DNA of 63,040 bases, counting the filler, from Thermodesulfobacteriota bacterium (GTDB lineage: Bacteria; DASVDK01): the NCBI GenBank assembly GCA_036381125.1. It is 8 parts of 8 records of this genome, joined end to end, with 100 filler letters (N's around TTAATTAATTAA, not from the genome) between each part and the next. Parts side by side here need not be neighbours in the genome. Positions count along the whole stretch, not along the records: positions 40,784 to 48,431 come from DASVDK010000375.1; positions 48,532 to 55,763 come from DASVDK010000377.1; positions 55,864 to 63,040 come from DASVDK010000378.1; 5 more parts are not named here. One strand, given 5' to 3'. A model generated the notes under the pieces. It searched no databases. It saw only the letters and a list, made by a program, of their open reading frames with translations, and was not told where the DNA came from. Below, in pieces: positions 45,352 to 57,700 of this stretch (its first letter is position 1; each line of letters begins with the position of its first letter). A program made the translations under genes and the position numbers.

Positions 45352-46980
45352 TCAGTATGCGCCACGCGGCCGGAAGCCGCGGCGGCCGTCGTCGTCGCCC
45401 TCGGGCGACCCGAGCCCCGCGCGCTTCGCGACCGAGCGGTAGTCGTAGGCTTGGTGCCGGCCGAGCCGGCGGAGCGCCTGCGTCATGGCGTCGACGTCGT
45501 CGTCGGTCGCGCCGAACGGGAACGCGGCGCAGATCTCGATGAACTCCTGGACCCAGGGCGCGAGCTGCGGGCTCGGCAGGTAGACGTTGCCCGCCTCCAT
45601 CATCGGCGAGACGGCGTGCGCGCGGTCGAGCTTGCCCCCCTCGGGCTCGATGGGGATCAGGCCCGGAATCTTGTGCTTCAGCGTGTCGATCACCGCCGGC
45701 CCGTTGGCCTTGTCCTCGACGAGCTTGGCCATCGCCTTCGGCCACTTCTTCGTCATCGTCACGACGGCGTCGACGGTCTGCGTGAAGGAGAGCTGCGTCG
45801 AGACCCGGTCGATCAGGTAGCAGTCGGCCCCGAGGCGCCCCCAGACGTGGCCGGCGACACGGTCGGACGCCTTGAGGTCCTTGAACGCGCAGTCCCAGCT
45901 CTGGATCATCTCGTCGAAGAGATCCGGCAGCTTGGTGTAGAACCGCCACCAGTGCCGCAGGAAGATCCCGCCCGTCGCCGGCGACGGGCGCTGCTGGAGC
46001 TGGCCTGCCGCGCCGTAGCTGCCGAGTCGGGTCTTGAGCTCGGCAAGCTCCGCGGCGCCGTAGCGCGCCGGCCAGAGCAGCTCGCCCGGCTCGCGCCGGG
46101 GATCCGCGGCGATCGGGCAGGCGTCGTGCGGCTGCGGCCGCGCCGCTGGCGCCGGCGCCGCCTCGAGCCCGCCCTCGACCTGGACGCGCGGCTCGTACTC
46201 GGCCGGGAGACACAGGTGATGCCAGCCGCCCTGGGCGAGGATGTGGCCGGCCAGGTCGCGCTCGTGTACGCGCTGCATGATGACCACCTGGACGCCCGTC
46301 TTCGGATCGTTGAGCCGGGTGGACATGACTTGGTCCCACCACTCGAGCGTCGCCTCGCGGATCGCGTCGCTGTGGGCCTCCATGACGTTGTGCGGGTCGT
46401 CGACGATAATCCGGTCCCCACCCTCGCCGGTGACCGCGCCGCCGACGGACGTCGCGAACCGGAAGCCGGTCTTGTCCGTCTCGTAGCGGATCTTCGCGTT
46501 CTGGTCGCCCGTGAGCTGGAAGCGGTGGCCCCACCGCCGCTGATACCAGGGGGACTTGATGAGCCGGCGGGCCTTGAGGTTGTCCCGGATCGAGAGCGCG
46601 AGCGCGTAGGAGGCCATGACGTAGCGCAGGCTCGGGTTCGTGAGCCACTCCCACGTCGGCCAGAAGACCGAGACGGCGAGGCTCTTCATGTGGCGCGGCG
46701 GGACGTTGATGAGGAGCCGCCGCAGCTCGCCCCGCGTGACCGCCTCGAGGTGGTCGGCGATGCAGTCGAGGTGCCAGCCCTCGACGAACGGCGTCTCGGG
46801 CTCGACAATCGGCCACGCCTCCCGCCAGTAGCGCCGCAGGGACCGCCGGCAGCGCTCGGCCGCGATCTCGTCGGGCTCAACGGCGGCGAGCCTTCGCCTG
46901 GAGGCGCTCGAGCTCGTCGAGCTCGGCGTCGGTGAGGCGACTGAGGTCGAGGGGCGGGGCAAGCTGGACTTTGCCGTCAT
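45352..46980 (-). CDS. Terminase large subunit
   Basis: INVPPRHMKS, IIVDDPH, IMQRVHERDL, QSWDCAFK, VEDKANG, DDDVDA; start uncertain and overlaps the small subunit. Confidence 0.92.
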   Translation of the reverse strand: MTAKSSLPRPSTSVASPTPSSTSSSASRRRLAAVEPDEIAAERCRRSLRRYWREAWPIVEPETPFVEGWHLDCIADHLEAVTRGELRRLLINVPPRHMKSLAVSVFWPTWEWLTNPSLRYVMASYALALSIRDNLKARRLIKSPWYQRRWGHRFQLTGDQNAKIRYETDKTGFRFATSVGGAVTGEGGDRIIVDDPHNVMEAHSDAIREATLEWWDQVMSTRLNDPKTGVQVVIMQRVHERDLAGHILAQGGWHHLCLPAEYEPRVQVEGGLEAAPAPAARPQPHDACPIAADPRREPGELLWPARYGAAELAELKTRLGSYGAAGQLQQRPSPATGGIFLRHWWRFYTKLPDLFDEMIQSWDCAFKDLKASDRVAGHVWGRLGADCYLIDRVSTQLSFTQTVDAVVTMTKKWPKAMAKLVEDKANGPAVIDTLKHKIPGLIPIEPEGGKLDRAHAVSPMMEAGNVYLPSPQLAPWVQEFIEICAAFPFGATDDDVDAMTQALRRLGRHQAYDYRSVAKRAGLGSPEGDDDGRRGFRPRGAY

Positions 46981-47503
46981 GCTCGATCGTCTGGCGCGGG
47001 CGGAAGTGCTTGGGGTCGTGCGCCTCGAGGAGTCGCAAGAGGACGCTGGTCTCGTACTCCCGCACCCAGGTGACGACGCCCCCGCCGCTCACGATCGGCC
47101 GCATCGTGCCCTCGACGGCGAGGTGGTAGGCCTGGTCGCGCAGGACGTCCCGGGCGATCAGCCGGGCCCGGGCGAAGGCCGCCCGGTACGCGTCCCCGGC
47201 CGGGCCCTCGGCCTGGTGCCAGGCGTAATGCGTGTCGCGGTGGATGCCGGCCGCGGCCGCCGCCCGCGTGATGTTCGCGCACGTCGCGAAGGCCACGAGG
47301 AAGGCGTGCTGGCGCGGATCGGTGATCTCGGCGACGGCGGCCTCGGCGGCCGCCCGCGCCCGCTCGAGGACCGGGTTCGGGGGCGGGGCCGGAACCCGCG
47401 GCGGCGCCGTCCTGCGCGCGCGCGTGGCGTTGTCGGAGGTCGTCGGACGCCGACCCGCCGGCCGGCGCCGCTGCCGAGGGGCCTTCGGCCGTCGGGGTGC
47501 CAT
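46877..47503 (-). CDS. Putative terminase small subunit
   Basis: HTH NITRAAAAAGIHRDTHYAW, AVEG, VREYE..LLEAHDPKHFR, DLSRLTDAEL; precedes terL. Confidence 0.7.
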   Translation of the reverse strand: MAPRRPKAPRQRRRPAGRRPTTSDNATRARRTAPPRVPAPPPNPVLERARAAAEAAVAEITDPRQHAFLVAFATCANITRAAAAAGIHRDTHYAWHQAEGPAGDAYRAAFARARLIARDVLRDQAYHLAVEGTMRPIVSGGGVVTWVREYETSVLLRLLEAHDPKHFRPRQTIEHDGKVQLAPPLDLSRLTDAELDELERLQAKARRR

Positions 47504-47538
47504 GGCCGCCATGCTCGGGGGCCCGCGGGCGGCTGTCC

Positions 47539-47558
47539 AGGGTGACCAATGTCACCCT
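47539..47558. promoter_or_regulatory. Second palindromic late-activator site, upstream of terS
   Basis: AGGGTGACCAATGTCACCCT, 18/20 identical to 42191-42210; overlaps the activator's stop codon. Confidence 0.75.
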
Positions 47559-47893
47559 GACGCCCGGTCGTCGCCGGCGAGGACGCGGTAGACGTGGCGG
47601 ACGCTGCAGCCGACCCGGCGGGCGATGGCCGCGCGCGTGAGGCCCTCGCGGGCGAGCGCCCGGATCTGGTCGGCGCTCCCGCGCGGGTGGGGGACCTCTA
47701 GCGTCGTGCCGCCGTACTGCGCGGCGAGCTGACGCGCGGCCTCGAGCCCGAGCGCGCGCACGAGCGGGTGGTCCCGCCGGGGCGCCTTCGGGATGTAGAG
47801 GCGCTGCCCGCCGAAGGCGGCGGCCAGGGCGGCGGCCGCGGCCGGCCCGAGGAGCGCCGACAGGCCCTCCGTGGGTTCGCCCATCCCCCTCAT
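47552..47893 (-). CDS. Mor/C-family late transcription activator
   Basis: AFGGQRLYIPK, YGGTTLEVP, C-terminal HTH AIARRVGCSVRHVYRVL. Confidence 0.8.
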   Translation of the reverse strand: MRGMGEPTEGLSALLGPAAAAALAAAFGGQRLYIPKAPRRDHPLVRALGLEAARQLAAQYGGTTLEVPHPRGSADQIRALAREGLTRAAIARRVGCSVRHVYRVLAGDDRASG

Positions 47894-48339
47894 CCCTCCT
47901 CCCCCGGCTCGCGCGATCGGCTCTCGGTCCACGCCCGCTGGGCGGCCTGGCCGGCCCGCACCCGGGCCGCCACTGCGTCGGCGTGCTCGCGCCAGCCCGG
48001 CCCGAAGGTCTCGTCGAGGAGGAGCCGGACCTCCTCGGGATGCGGGTAGACCTCGCGCCGGCTCGTCTCGACCCAGACGCCGGCCGCGCCCCGCCACTCG
48101 TGCCGGAGCTTCGGGAGCGGGAAGTCGCGGCAGATCCAGCAGCCGCCGTCGGCATCGACGGTCGGCTTGCCGTGCACGGTCGGGCAGAACCGCAGCGGCG
48201 CCCGGCCGACCCAGAGCCGGCATGCGGCGCACCGCTGGTGGGCGTCGAGCGGCCCCCGGCAGCCGGGGCAGGCCGGGGCGGCGGGAGGCGCGGCCGCCTC
48301 GGGGGTGGCGACTGGCTCGCGCTTGAACTTGCGCGCCAT
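47890..48339 (-). CDS. Cys-rich phage hypothetical protein
   Basis: CPGC..CAAC..CWIC; ATGA coupling to the activator. Confidence 0.55.
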   Translation of the reverse strand: MARKFKREPVATPEAAAPPAAPACPGCRGPLDAHQRCAACRLWVGRAPLRFCPTVHGKPTVDADGGCWICRDFPLPKLRHEWRGAAGVWVETSRREVYPHPEEVRLLLDETFGPGWREHADAVAARVRAGQAAQRAWTESRSREPGEEG

Positions 48340-48531
48340 CACGCGACGCCCTTTCGGGCGAGCTGCTCGAGGTCGTCGACGAGCCACTTCATGAGGCGCG
48401 CCTCGAGCTTCTCCCGCTTGGTCGACTGCCGNNNNNNNNNNNNNNNNNNNNNNNNNNNNNNNNNNNNNNNNNNNNTTAATTAATTAANNNNNNNNNNNNN
48501 NNNNNNNNNNNNNNNNNNNNNNNNNNNNNNN

Positions 48532-51540
<3,009 letters not shown>

Positions 51541-51709
51541 CCGGGCGGGAGCCGGCGCCGCCGGGACCCGAGGGGACCTGCCGGGACCGATCGCCGTGAC
51601 GCGCCGCGGCCCACGGCAGCGTCGTCCCCCTCACCGCGCGAGTGCGGCCGTGCGGCGGCACGCCGGCGGAACATGGAAAGGCCTGGCCCCCACCCCCTGC
51701 AGGCGGGCT

Positions 51710-54013
51710 CTACTCCTGGGTCGGCGCGAGCGGGACCTGCGGGCTGCCGCCGGGCCGCCCCTCGACGATGTCGACGCCCGGCACCGTGGAGGCCCCGCCG
51801 GACGCCGGCTCGGCCTGAGCGTCGGGACCGCGAACGTCGGGCGCGTCGGGCTGCGCCTCCTCGGACATCCGGTGCCGTGCGTCCGGCTCGGCCACCAGGT
51901 CGGGCTCGGCAGCGGCCACCGTGTCGGTGAAGACGACGGGGGGCCGGACGCCGTTCGGGCCATTCGCCTCGACCTCCTCCCGCGCGTCCGGCCGCGGCGC
52001 CTCGAGCCCCTCCGGTGCGGCAGCAGCGGGCGGCTCGGACGCCGCCTCGCCTGCGGCCTCGGCCTGTGCCGGCTCGCCGGCCGGGAGCCGACCGGCCTCC
52101 TGCGGCTGCGGCGGCCGCGCCGGCGAGGCCGCGGCCCGGATCTTCTCCGGGTCGACGCCGACGAGCTTGAGGCTCTCGCGGTAGACCTCGGACTTGGGCG
52201 TCCCCGTCTCGCGCGCGACGAGCCGCACGACGTCGGCGAGGGGCAGCCCCGACTCCTGCTTGTAGAGCCGCAGGCGGTCGAGGATCGACAGCCCCTCGCG
52301 GTCGGCGAGCTTGCCCTGCCAGCCCGCCACCACGAGGACCACCTCCCCCTTGATCTCCTTGCCGCGGTACTCGGCCAGCACCTTGCTGAACTTCCCGCGG
52401 ATCGCCTCCTCGTGCATCTTGGTCATCTCGCGGAACATGACCATGTCGCGGTTGCCGAGGACGTCGCACAGCTCCTGGATCGTCTCGTACGCGCGCCCGG
52501 GCGCCTCGTAGAAGACGAGCGTGCGGCGGTCGAGCTTGAGCGACTCGAGCAGCTCCTTGCGCCTCTTGTCCTTCTGCGGGAGGAAGCCGACGAACGCCCA
52601 GGCGTCGGTCGGCAGGCCGGAGGCGGAGAGCGCGGCCACCGCCGCGCAGGCCCCCGGCACGGCCACGACGTTGGCGCCCCGCTCGACGGCCGCCTTGACC
52701 AGGCTGTAGCCCGGGTCGGAGATCCCCGGCGTCCCGGCGTCCGACACCAGGGCGATCGCCTGCCCGTCCTCGAGCCGCCTGAGGAGCGGCTCGATCTTGA
52801 GCTGCTCGTTGTGCTCGAAGAAGGAGGTGAGCGGCGTGCGGATCTGATAGTGGTTGAGCAGCTTCGCCGTCTGGCGGGTGTCCTCGGCGGCGATGAGCTT
52901 CACCTCCTTGAGGACGCGCACCGCCCGGAACGTGATGTCCTCGAGGTTGCCGATCGGCGTGGCAACGACGTAGAGCGTCCCCTTGCGCGCCCGCCGCTCC
53001 TCGGCCATCTTCTCGCGCCGCGCCTCGAAGGCCTCCTCCATGGAGAGCCCGTGCTGGCTGCGGCGCCGCATCGGCCCCTGGCCCTCCCGCACCGGCGCGT
53101 CGGGCCAGGCGTCCTTGAGGAGGGCCTGCTCGCGCTCGTCGAAGGCGCCGATGTCGGCGGCGCTGCGCGGCTGGCCGGCCCTGAGCGCCTCCTCGAGGAC
53201 GCGCAGCTCCGGCTCGTCCTCGACGGCCGGGGCGTCCGCCGCACCCTCCGCGACCGGGCGTCCCTCGTCGGCCCCGGCGCGCCGCGCCTCCCGGTCACGA
53301 CCGCGACGCCCGCGGCGCCGCCGGGCCCGTCGGCTCTCGCCGGCCTCCGCGGCCTCCTCGTCGGCCTCGGCCGCCGCCTCGACGACCGCCGCCGCCTCGC
53401 TCGCGGCTGCGGCCTCGCTGGCGGGCTCGGCCGGAATCGCCGGAGGGACGGCCGCCTCCGCGAAGGCGACCTCCGCATCGCCCGTCAGCTCCAGCTCGTT
53501 CACCGCCGGCAGCTCGACCTCCCGGCGCCGGCGCCGCCCCCGGCCGCGGGAGCCGCGGCGCCGGCGGCGCCCTTCCCGCCCCTCGGCGGTCGGCCGTTCC
53601 TCCGATGCCTCCTGGTCGGGCTCGCCGGGCGCCGCCGCCTCGGCGGTCGCGGCGTCGGGCGCAGGCTCGTCCTGCGGTCGCCGCTCCTCGCCGCGCGCGG
53701 CCTCGTCGGTCCGCTCCCGGCCGCCGGCCTCGCCCGGACGGCCCGTCCCCCTGCCGCCGGCCTGGACGAGCGGAGTGAACGGCTCGGACGAGAAGGCCCG
53801 CTCGACCTGCTTCGTCAGCCGCTCGACCTCTTCGGGAGACAGGTCCATCCAGGTGGGCGGCAGGGGCCGCGGCCGGGCGGCTGCCGCCGGCCGCATCGCC
53901 TCCGGCGTCGTCCCCTGCGTCCCCTCCGCCGCGGTGTCGGGCGGCGTGTGACCCGTGTCCGGCGTCGGCTCGTCCGGCCGCGCCTCGTCGTCTCGCTTCT
54001 GATCGTCGCTCAT
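51710..54013 (-). CDS. rsmI: 16S rRNA (C1402) 2'-O-methyltransferase with long low-complexity extensions
   Basis: GTLYVVATPIGNLEDIT, AAEDTR, VSDAGTPGISDPG, FYEAPGR, REMTKMHEE, KGEVVLVV. Confidence 0.85.
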   Translation of the reverse strand: MSDDQKRDDEARPDEPTPDTGHTPPDTAAEGTQGTTPEAMRPAAAARPRPLPPTWMDLSPEEVERLTKQVERAFSSEPFTPLVQAGGRGTGRPGEAGGRERTDEAARGEERRPQDEPAPDAATAEAAAPGEPDQEASEERPTAEGREGRRRRRGSRGRGRRRRREVELPAVNELELTGDAEVAFAEAAVPPAIPAEPASEAAAASEAAAVVEAAAEADEEAAEAGESRRARRRRGRRGRDREARRAGADEGRPVAEGAADAPAVEDEPELRVLEEALRAGQPRSAADIGAFDEREQALLKDAWPDAPVREGQGPMRRRSQHGLSMEEAFEARREKMAEERRARKGTLYVVATPIGNLEDITFRAVRVLKEVKLIAAEDTRQTAKLLNHYQIRTPLTSFFEHNEQLKIEPLLRRLEDGQAIALVSDAGTPGISDPGYSLVKAAVERGANVVAVPGACAAVAALSASGLPTDAWAFVGFLPQKDKRRKELLESLKLDRRTLVFYEAPGRAYETIQELCDVLGNRDMVMFREMTKMHEEAIRGKFSKVLAEYRGKEIKGEVVLVVAGWQGKLADREGLSILDRLRLYKQESGLPLADVVRLVARETGTPKSEVYRESLKLVGVDPEKIRAAASPARPPQPQEAGRLPAGEPAQAEAAGEAASEPPAAAAPEGLEAPRPDAREEVEANGPNGVRPPVVFTDTVAAAEPDLVAEPDARHRMSEEAQPDAPDVRGPDAQAEPASGGASTVPGVDIVEGRPGGSPQVPLAPTQE

Positions 54014-54750
54014 GTGCCCCAATCCCGTGCGTGGCGGAAGTCGCGATCGATCGTCCGATGCGAGAGCTTCGCGATCACGGGAAGGCGGCGTGTGAACGGC
54101 GAGCCCTGCACGCGCGCGCGGACCGTGTCCGCGCGCGCGGGGGCGAAGCCCGGCGCGACGCACTCGTCGCGACGGTATCGCCGGTCGACCAGGAAGAAGA
54201 GGAGGCGGTCCCCCTCGTCGGACTGGCCGGCCCAGAGGTCGGCGGACGGCGTCTTCTCGATGATCTCGTTGCCCGTTTCGAGCACCAGGGCCCGCGGCTC
54301 GGCGGAGTCGTGGTGGAGGACCGCCATCCGCTCGCGGGCCGTCTCGTTGCCGCGCCGCACCGCGTCCGCGTCCGGCTCGTCGTGCCGGAGGTACGCGTCG
54401 ATCATCGGCGCGATCTCGATCGTTCGAACTTCCAGGTTGAGCTGTTCGGTCACCTCGCGCGCGTGCCGCAGACGCTCCGGACCGCTCGTCCGGTTGGGCA
54501 TGGCGAGCGCGGTGACGTTCCGGCTCCCGAGTGCCCGGGCCGCCGGCGCGGCCGCCGGGGGGGAGCCGATCCCCCCCGACGGGCCGACGGCGACCCGCTC
54601 GGGGCCGACCTTCGTGACCTCTTCGCGAATGAACTCGGTGAGCACCCGCGAGGCGAGCCCGGCGTCCAGCACCAGCTCGGCCTCGCCCGGTCGGTGGGCG
54701 GCTGCCGGCACCCCCGGCTCGCTTCGCCGGCGGCGCGCGCCCTCAGCCAC
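54010..54750 (-). pseudogene. nadE: NAD+ synthetase, degenerate and internally deleted
   Basis: SGGIDS is mutated to SGGIGS; GNETARERM; TGN joins directly to EIIEKTPSADLW with the intervening segment missing. Confidence 0.75.
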
Positions 54751-55635
54751 GGCGTGCGGTCCCGATGCGCGTGAGTTCGGCGAGCGTAGGCTCCACGTCC
54801 TCGTCGCGCAGGAGCGGCCTGCTCGTCCGCTCCCGCCTCACGTCGCCCGGGTCGATCCGGGCGGTCGGGACCGTCTCCTCGAGCGGACCTGCCCGGGCGA
54901 TGAGCCGCCCGGAGGGCCCGGTGACCATGGAGCCGCCCCGGAAGTCGACGCCGTCCTCGAAGCCGACGCGATGGGCGTCGAGGACGTGCTGTCCGAAGAG
55001 CTGGGCGTACGCGCGGAGGAGCCGCTCCCAGGTCAACATCGCATCCGGCCCCTCTGGCTGCGAGACCCCCCGCAAGGGGCTGTTCGAGACGCAGAGGAGC
55101 GTCTGCGCGCCGTCCATGGCCAGGAGGTACGGCGCGGAGGGGTGCCAGAGATCCTCGCAGATCGCGAGCCCCACCCGTCCGAAACGGGTATCGAAGGCCC
55201 GGAACCGGTCTCCCCGCGCGAAGTACCGGTACTCGTCGAGGAGCCCGTACGCCGGCAGGTAGACCTTGCGATGGCGGTGGAGGATCTCCCCGCCCTCGAG
55301 GTAGATCGCCGCGTTGTAGAAGCGAGCGCCGTCGCTCGCCTCGACGAAACCGACCACGAGCGAGATCCGCTCCGACCCGACAGTCTCCGGAGCTCCAGGA
55401 TCTCGGGGGCGTCCAGCGAGAGCGCTACTTCCGGGACCGCGTCCTTCGGGAAGTAGCCGGTGAGGGCGAGTTCGGGGACGATCAGCAGGTCGACTCCGGC
55501 CGACACCCCGTCGCCGATGGCCCGGTCGATCCGATCCGGGATGGATCGAAGGTCGCCGAGCCGCGGGCGGATCTGGGCGAGGCCGACCGCCGTTCGCGGC
55601 CCCTCACCCCCCGCCGCCACCTCTGGACTGCTCAC
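54743..55635 (-). pseudogene. Nitrilase-family glutaminase partner of NAD synthetase, frameshifted
   Basis: LAQIRPRLGD, VPELALTGY, then a frame change near 55360-55380 to HRKVYLP and ICEDLWH. Confidence 0.75.
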
Positions 55636-55667
55636 CAGCTCGTTACCAACCCTTTGAATATCGCTGG

Positions 55668-55737
55668 TTTATAGCACGACGGCGCGTCGCGTGTAAAGCG
55701 CCGCGGTTTGACACTCCCGGAACGCCGTTGCTAGCCT
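55668..55737. promoter_or_regulatory. Divergent sigma70-type promoters
   Basis: Minus strand TTTACA-N18-TATAAA (55697-55668); plus strand TTGACA-N18-TAGCCT (55708-55737); both have a TG extension. Confidence 0.5.
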
Positions 55738-55863
55738 GCGCCCTGGGCAATCCTGCACATGGANNNNNNNNNNNNNNNNNNNNNNNNNNNNNNNNNNNNN
55801 NNNNNNNTTAATTAATTAANNNNNNNNNNNNNNNNNNNNNNNNNNNNNNNNNNNNNNNNNNNN

Positions 55864-56154
55864 ACCCGCGTCGACGGCGAGGTCATCACGGCGGCCAAGT
55901 ACATGGCCGATCAGATCCAGCACGCGACCGAGAACCGGCCGACCTCGATCGATGACGCCTCGACGGATGTCACGGCCTTCCGGACGACCAAGGACCCGGG
56001 AGCCGTCGGGTCGGAAGCGCTGCCGGTGACGCTCGAAGAGGAACTCCACATCATCCGGCACGTGATCCGGCTCCTCAAGCCGGGGGCGACCCAGTGGTAT
56101 CAGGACGCGCCGGCGCAGGGCGATCCGGTCTACGCCGAAGTCTTTGGAGCGTAA
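55864..56154 (+). CDS. Phage hypothetical protein (5'-partial)
   Basis: Open frame from the contig start, closely followed by the next gene. Confidence 0.55.
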   Translation, partial: TRVDGEVITAAKYMADQIQHATENRPTSIDDASTDVTAFRTTKDPGAVGSEALPVTLEEELHIIRHVIRLLKPGATQWYQDAPAQGDPVYAEVFGA

Positions 56155-56157
56155 GCG

Positions 56158-56511
56158 ATGGCGACCTACACGAAACGGAAGCTCTCGGGGTCCACGGACG
56201 GGAAGGCCATCACGGTGGCCGCGACGGGGACGCCCGGGACCTTGATCCATACGGCCGTCACGGGCACGACCGACCTCGATGAGGTGTACCTCTACGCGGT
56301 CAATACCGACACGACGGCCCGCAAGCTCACGCTCGAATTCGGCGGGACCACGGCGCCCGACAACCTCATCGAGCAGACGATTCAGCCTGAGGATGGGCTC
56401 GTGCTCGTGGTGCCGGGCCTCCTCCTCCAGAACGCGGCCGAGGTGCGGGCCTTCGCCGACGCGGCGAACGTGGTCGGCGTCTACGGCTTCGTCAACCGGA
56501 TCGCGGCATGA
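56158..56511 (+). CDS. Phage virion-associated beta-rich protein
   Basis: LSGSTDGKAI..DEVYLYAVN..PGLLLQN..GFVNRI. Confidence 0.7.
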   Translation: MATYTKRKLSGSTDGKAITVAATGTPGTLIHTAVTGTTDLDEVYLYAVNTDTTARKLTLEFGGTTAPDNLIEQTIQPEDGLVLVVPGLLLQNAAEVRAFADAANVVGVYGFVNRIAA

Positions 56512-57278
56512 GTCGGCGCACGCTCCTCGGCACCCCGAAGCTCCCGAAGCGGGCCATTCGGTGGGCGCACTTTGACGCGACGGCGCGCGGGCGTGCAGTG
56601 TTCGTCACGCCGGGGCCCTTCAGTTGGACGGCGCCCGAAGATGTCACGGAGGTGTTCGTCACGCTCCAGGGCGCCGGCGCGGGCGCGGGCTCGGGCGGCG
56701 GGGGGCGCTCCGCGTCGGTGGGGGAGGGCGGCGGCGGGGGTGGGGGCGGCGCAGCTGGGTTCCTGCGGCTGCGCGTCCGGTATGCCGTGACGCCCGGCGT
56801 CACCTATTCGGGCGAAGTCGGCGCCAAGGGGACTGGCGGGGCGGCGGTCGGCACGGACACGAACGGCAACGCCGGTACGGCCGGGGGGCAGTCCACGTTC
56901 GACACGCTTGTCGCCCCGGGCGGGTCTCCCGGGCAAGGCGGCGTGCGCGGGCAGTCCAGTGATCCCGGCGATGGCGGCCTGGGCGGCGCGGCGACCTCGG
57001 CGACGCATGGCAACTCCCTCGCGGGCGACGGTGCGTCGGGGTCGGGTTCGCCGGGCGCCTCGACCGGCGGCGCGGGCGGACACGGCGGCGCGGGCCTCGG
57101 GCCCGGCGGCTATCGCGGCAGCGGAGGCGGCCCGAACACGTCTGGCGCGGCCGGCCAGAACGCGGTCGGTCCCGGCGGCGGCGGCGGCGGGGGTGGGGGC
57201 GGCGGGGGCGGCGTGCCCGGGGGCGGCGGGGGCAAGGGCGGCGACGGGGCCGATGGCTACGTCGAGATCGAGTGGTAA
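56508..57278 (+). CDS. Glycine-rich phage tail-associated protein
   Basis: FSWTAPEDVTEV..GGGGG..VTPG..GADGYVEIEW. Confidence 0.75.
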   Translation: MSRRTLLGTPKLPKRAIRWAHFDATARGRAVFVTPGPFSWTAPEDVTEVFVTLQGAGAGAGSGGGGRSASVGEGGGGGGGGAAGFLRLRVRYAVTPGVTYSGEVGAKGTGGAAVGTDTNGNAGTAGGQSTFDTLVAPGGSPGQGGVRGQSSDPGDGGLGGAATSATHGNSLAGDGASGSGSPGASTGGAGGHGGAGLGPGGYRGSGGGPNTSGAAGQNAVGPGGGGGGGGGGGGGVPGGGGGKGGDGADGYVEIEW

Positions 57279-57700
57279 TGATGCCCCGCACCTACCGCCT
57301 CATGCACCCGGACGAACTGCCCCAGGTGGTCGCGCTCGTGCGCTCGGCCCGCCTCACGTGGACGCGGCCGCCGTCGGTCATGCTCGTGGCCGACGAGGCC
57401 GGCGAGATCATCGGCTGCTGTGGGCTCGACTTCGAGGGGGACGCGATCCAACTCGGCCCCCTCGTCGTCGCCAAGCCGTACCGCAAGACGCTGACCGCGT
57501 TCCGGCTCCTCGAGGCCGCTGAAGCGTTCCTCGCGGCCCACGGGGCGACCCGGTACGTCATGGCGTGCGGCGAGAAGGACCGAGGCCGGCTCGCGATGCT
57601 CGAACGGCTCGGCGCCCAGGTCTACGCGAAGCACGCCCGCCGCCTGTGGCTCCTCAAGCGCATCGGGGCGGCCCCCCAGGAGGTGACGCATGTCGGGTAG
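57278..57700 (+). CDS. GNAT-fold protein
   Basis: LVADEAGEIIG, PLVVAKPYRK..LLEAAEA, MLERLG. Confidence 0.65.
   Translation: MMPRTYRLMHPDELPQVVALVRSARLTWTRPPSVMLVADEAGEIIGCCGLDFEGDAIQLGPLVVAKPYRKTLTAFRLLEAAEAFLAAHGATRYVMACGEKDRGRLAMLERLGAQVYAKHARRLWLLKRIGAAPQEVTHVG

Larger units (their letters stand above)
40784..48431 (-). mobile_element. Prophage fragment with a Mu-like head module
   Basis: Mor/C activator, terminase, DUF935 portal, MuF and Mu-type protease in Mu order. Confidence 0.9.

Noticed and set aside
51596-55456. Very long ORFs such as 51596..55456 (+), 24668..28075 (+), 20872..23724 (+) and the 5' part of 7599..11534 (-)
   Set aside because: Shadow frames of real genes in high-GC DNA, with no recognisable motifs.
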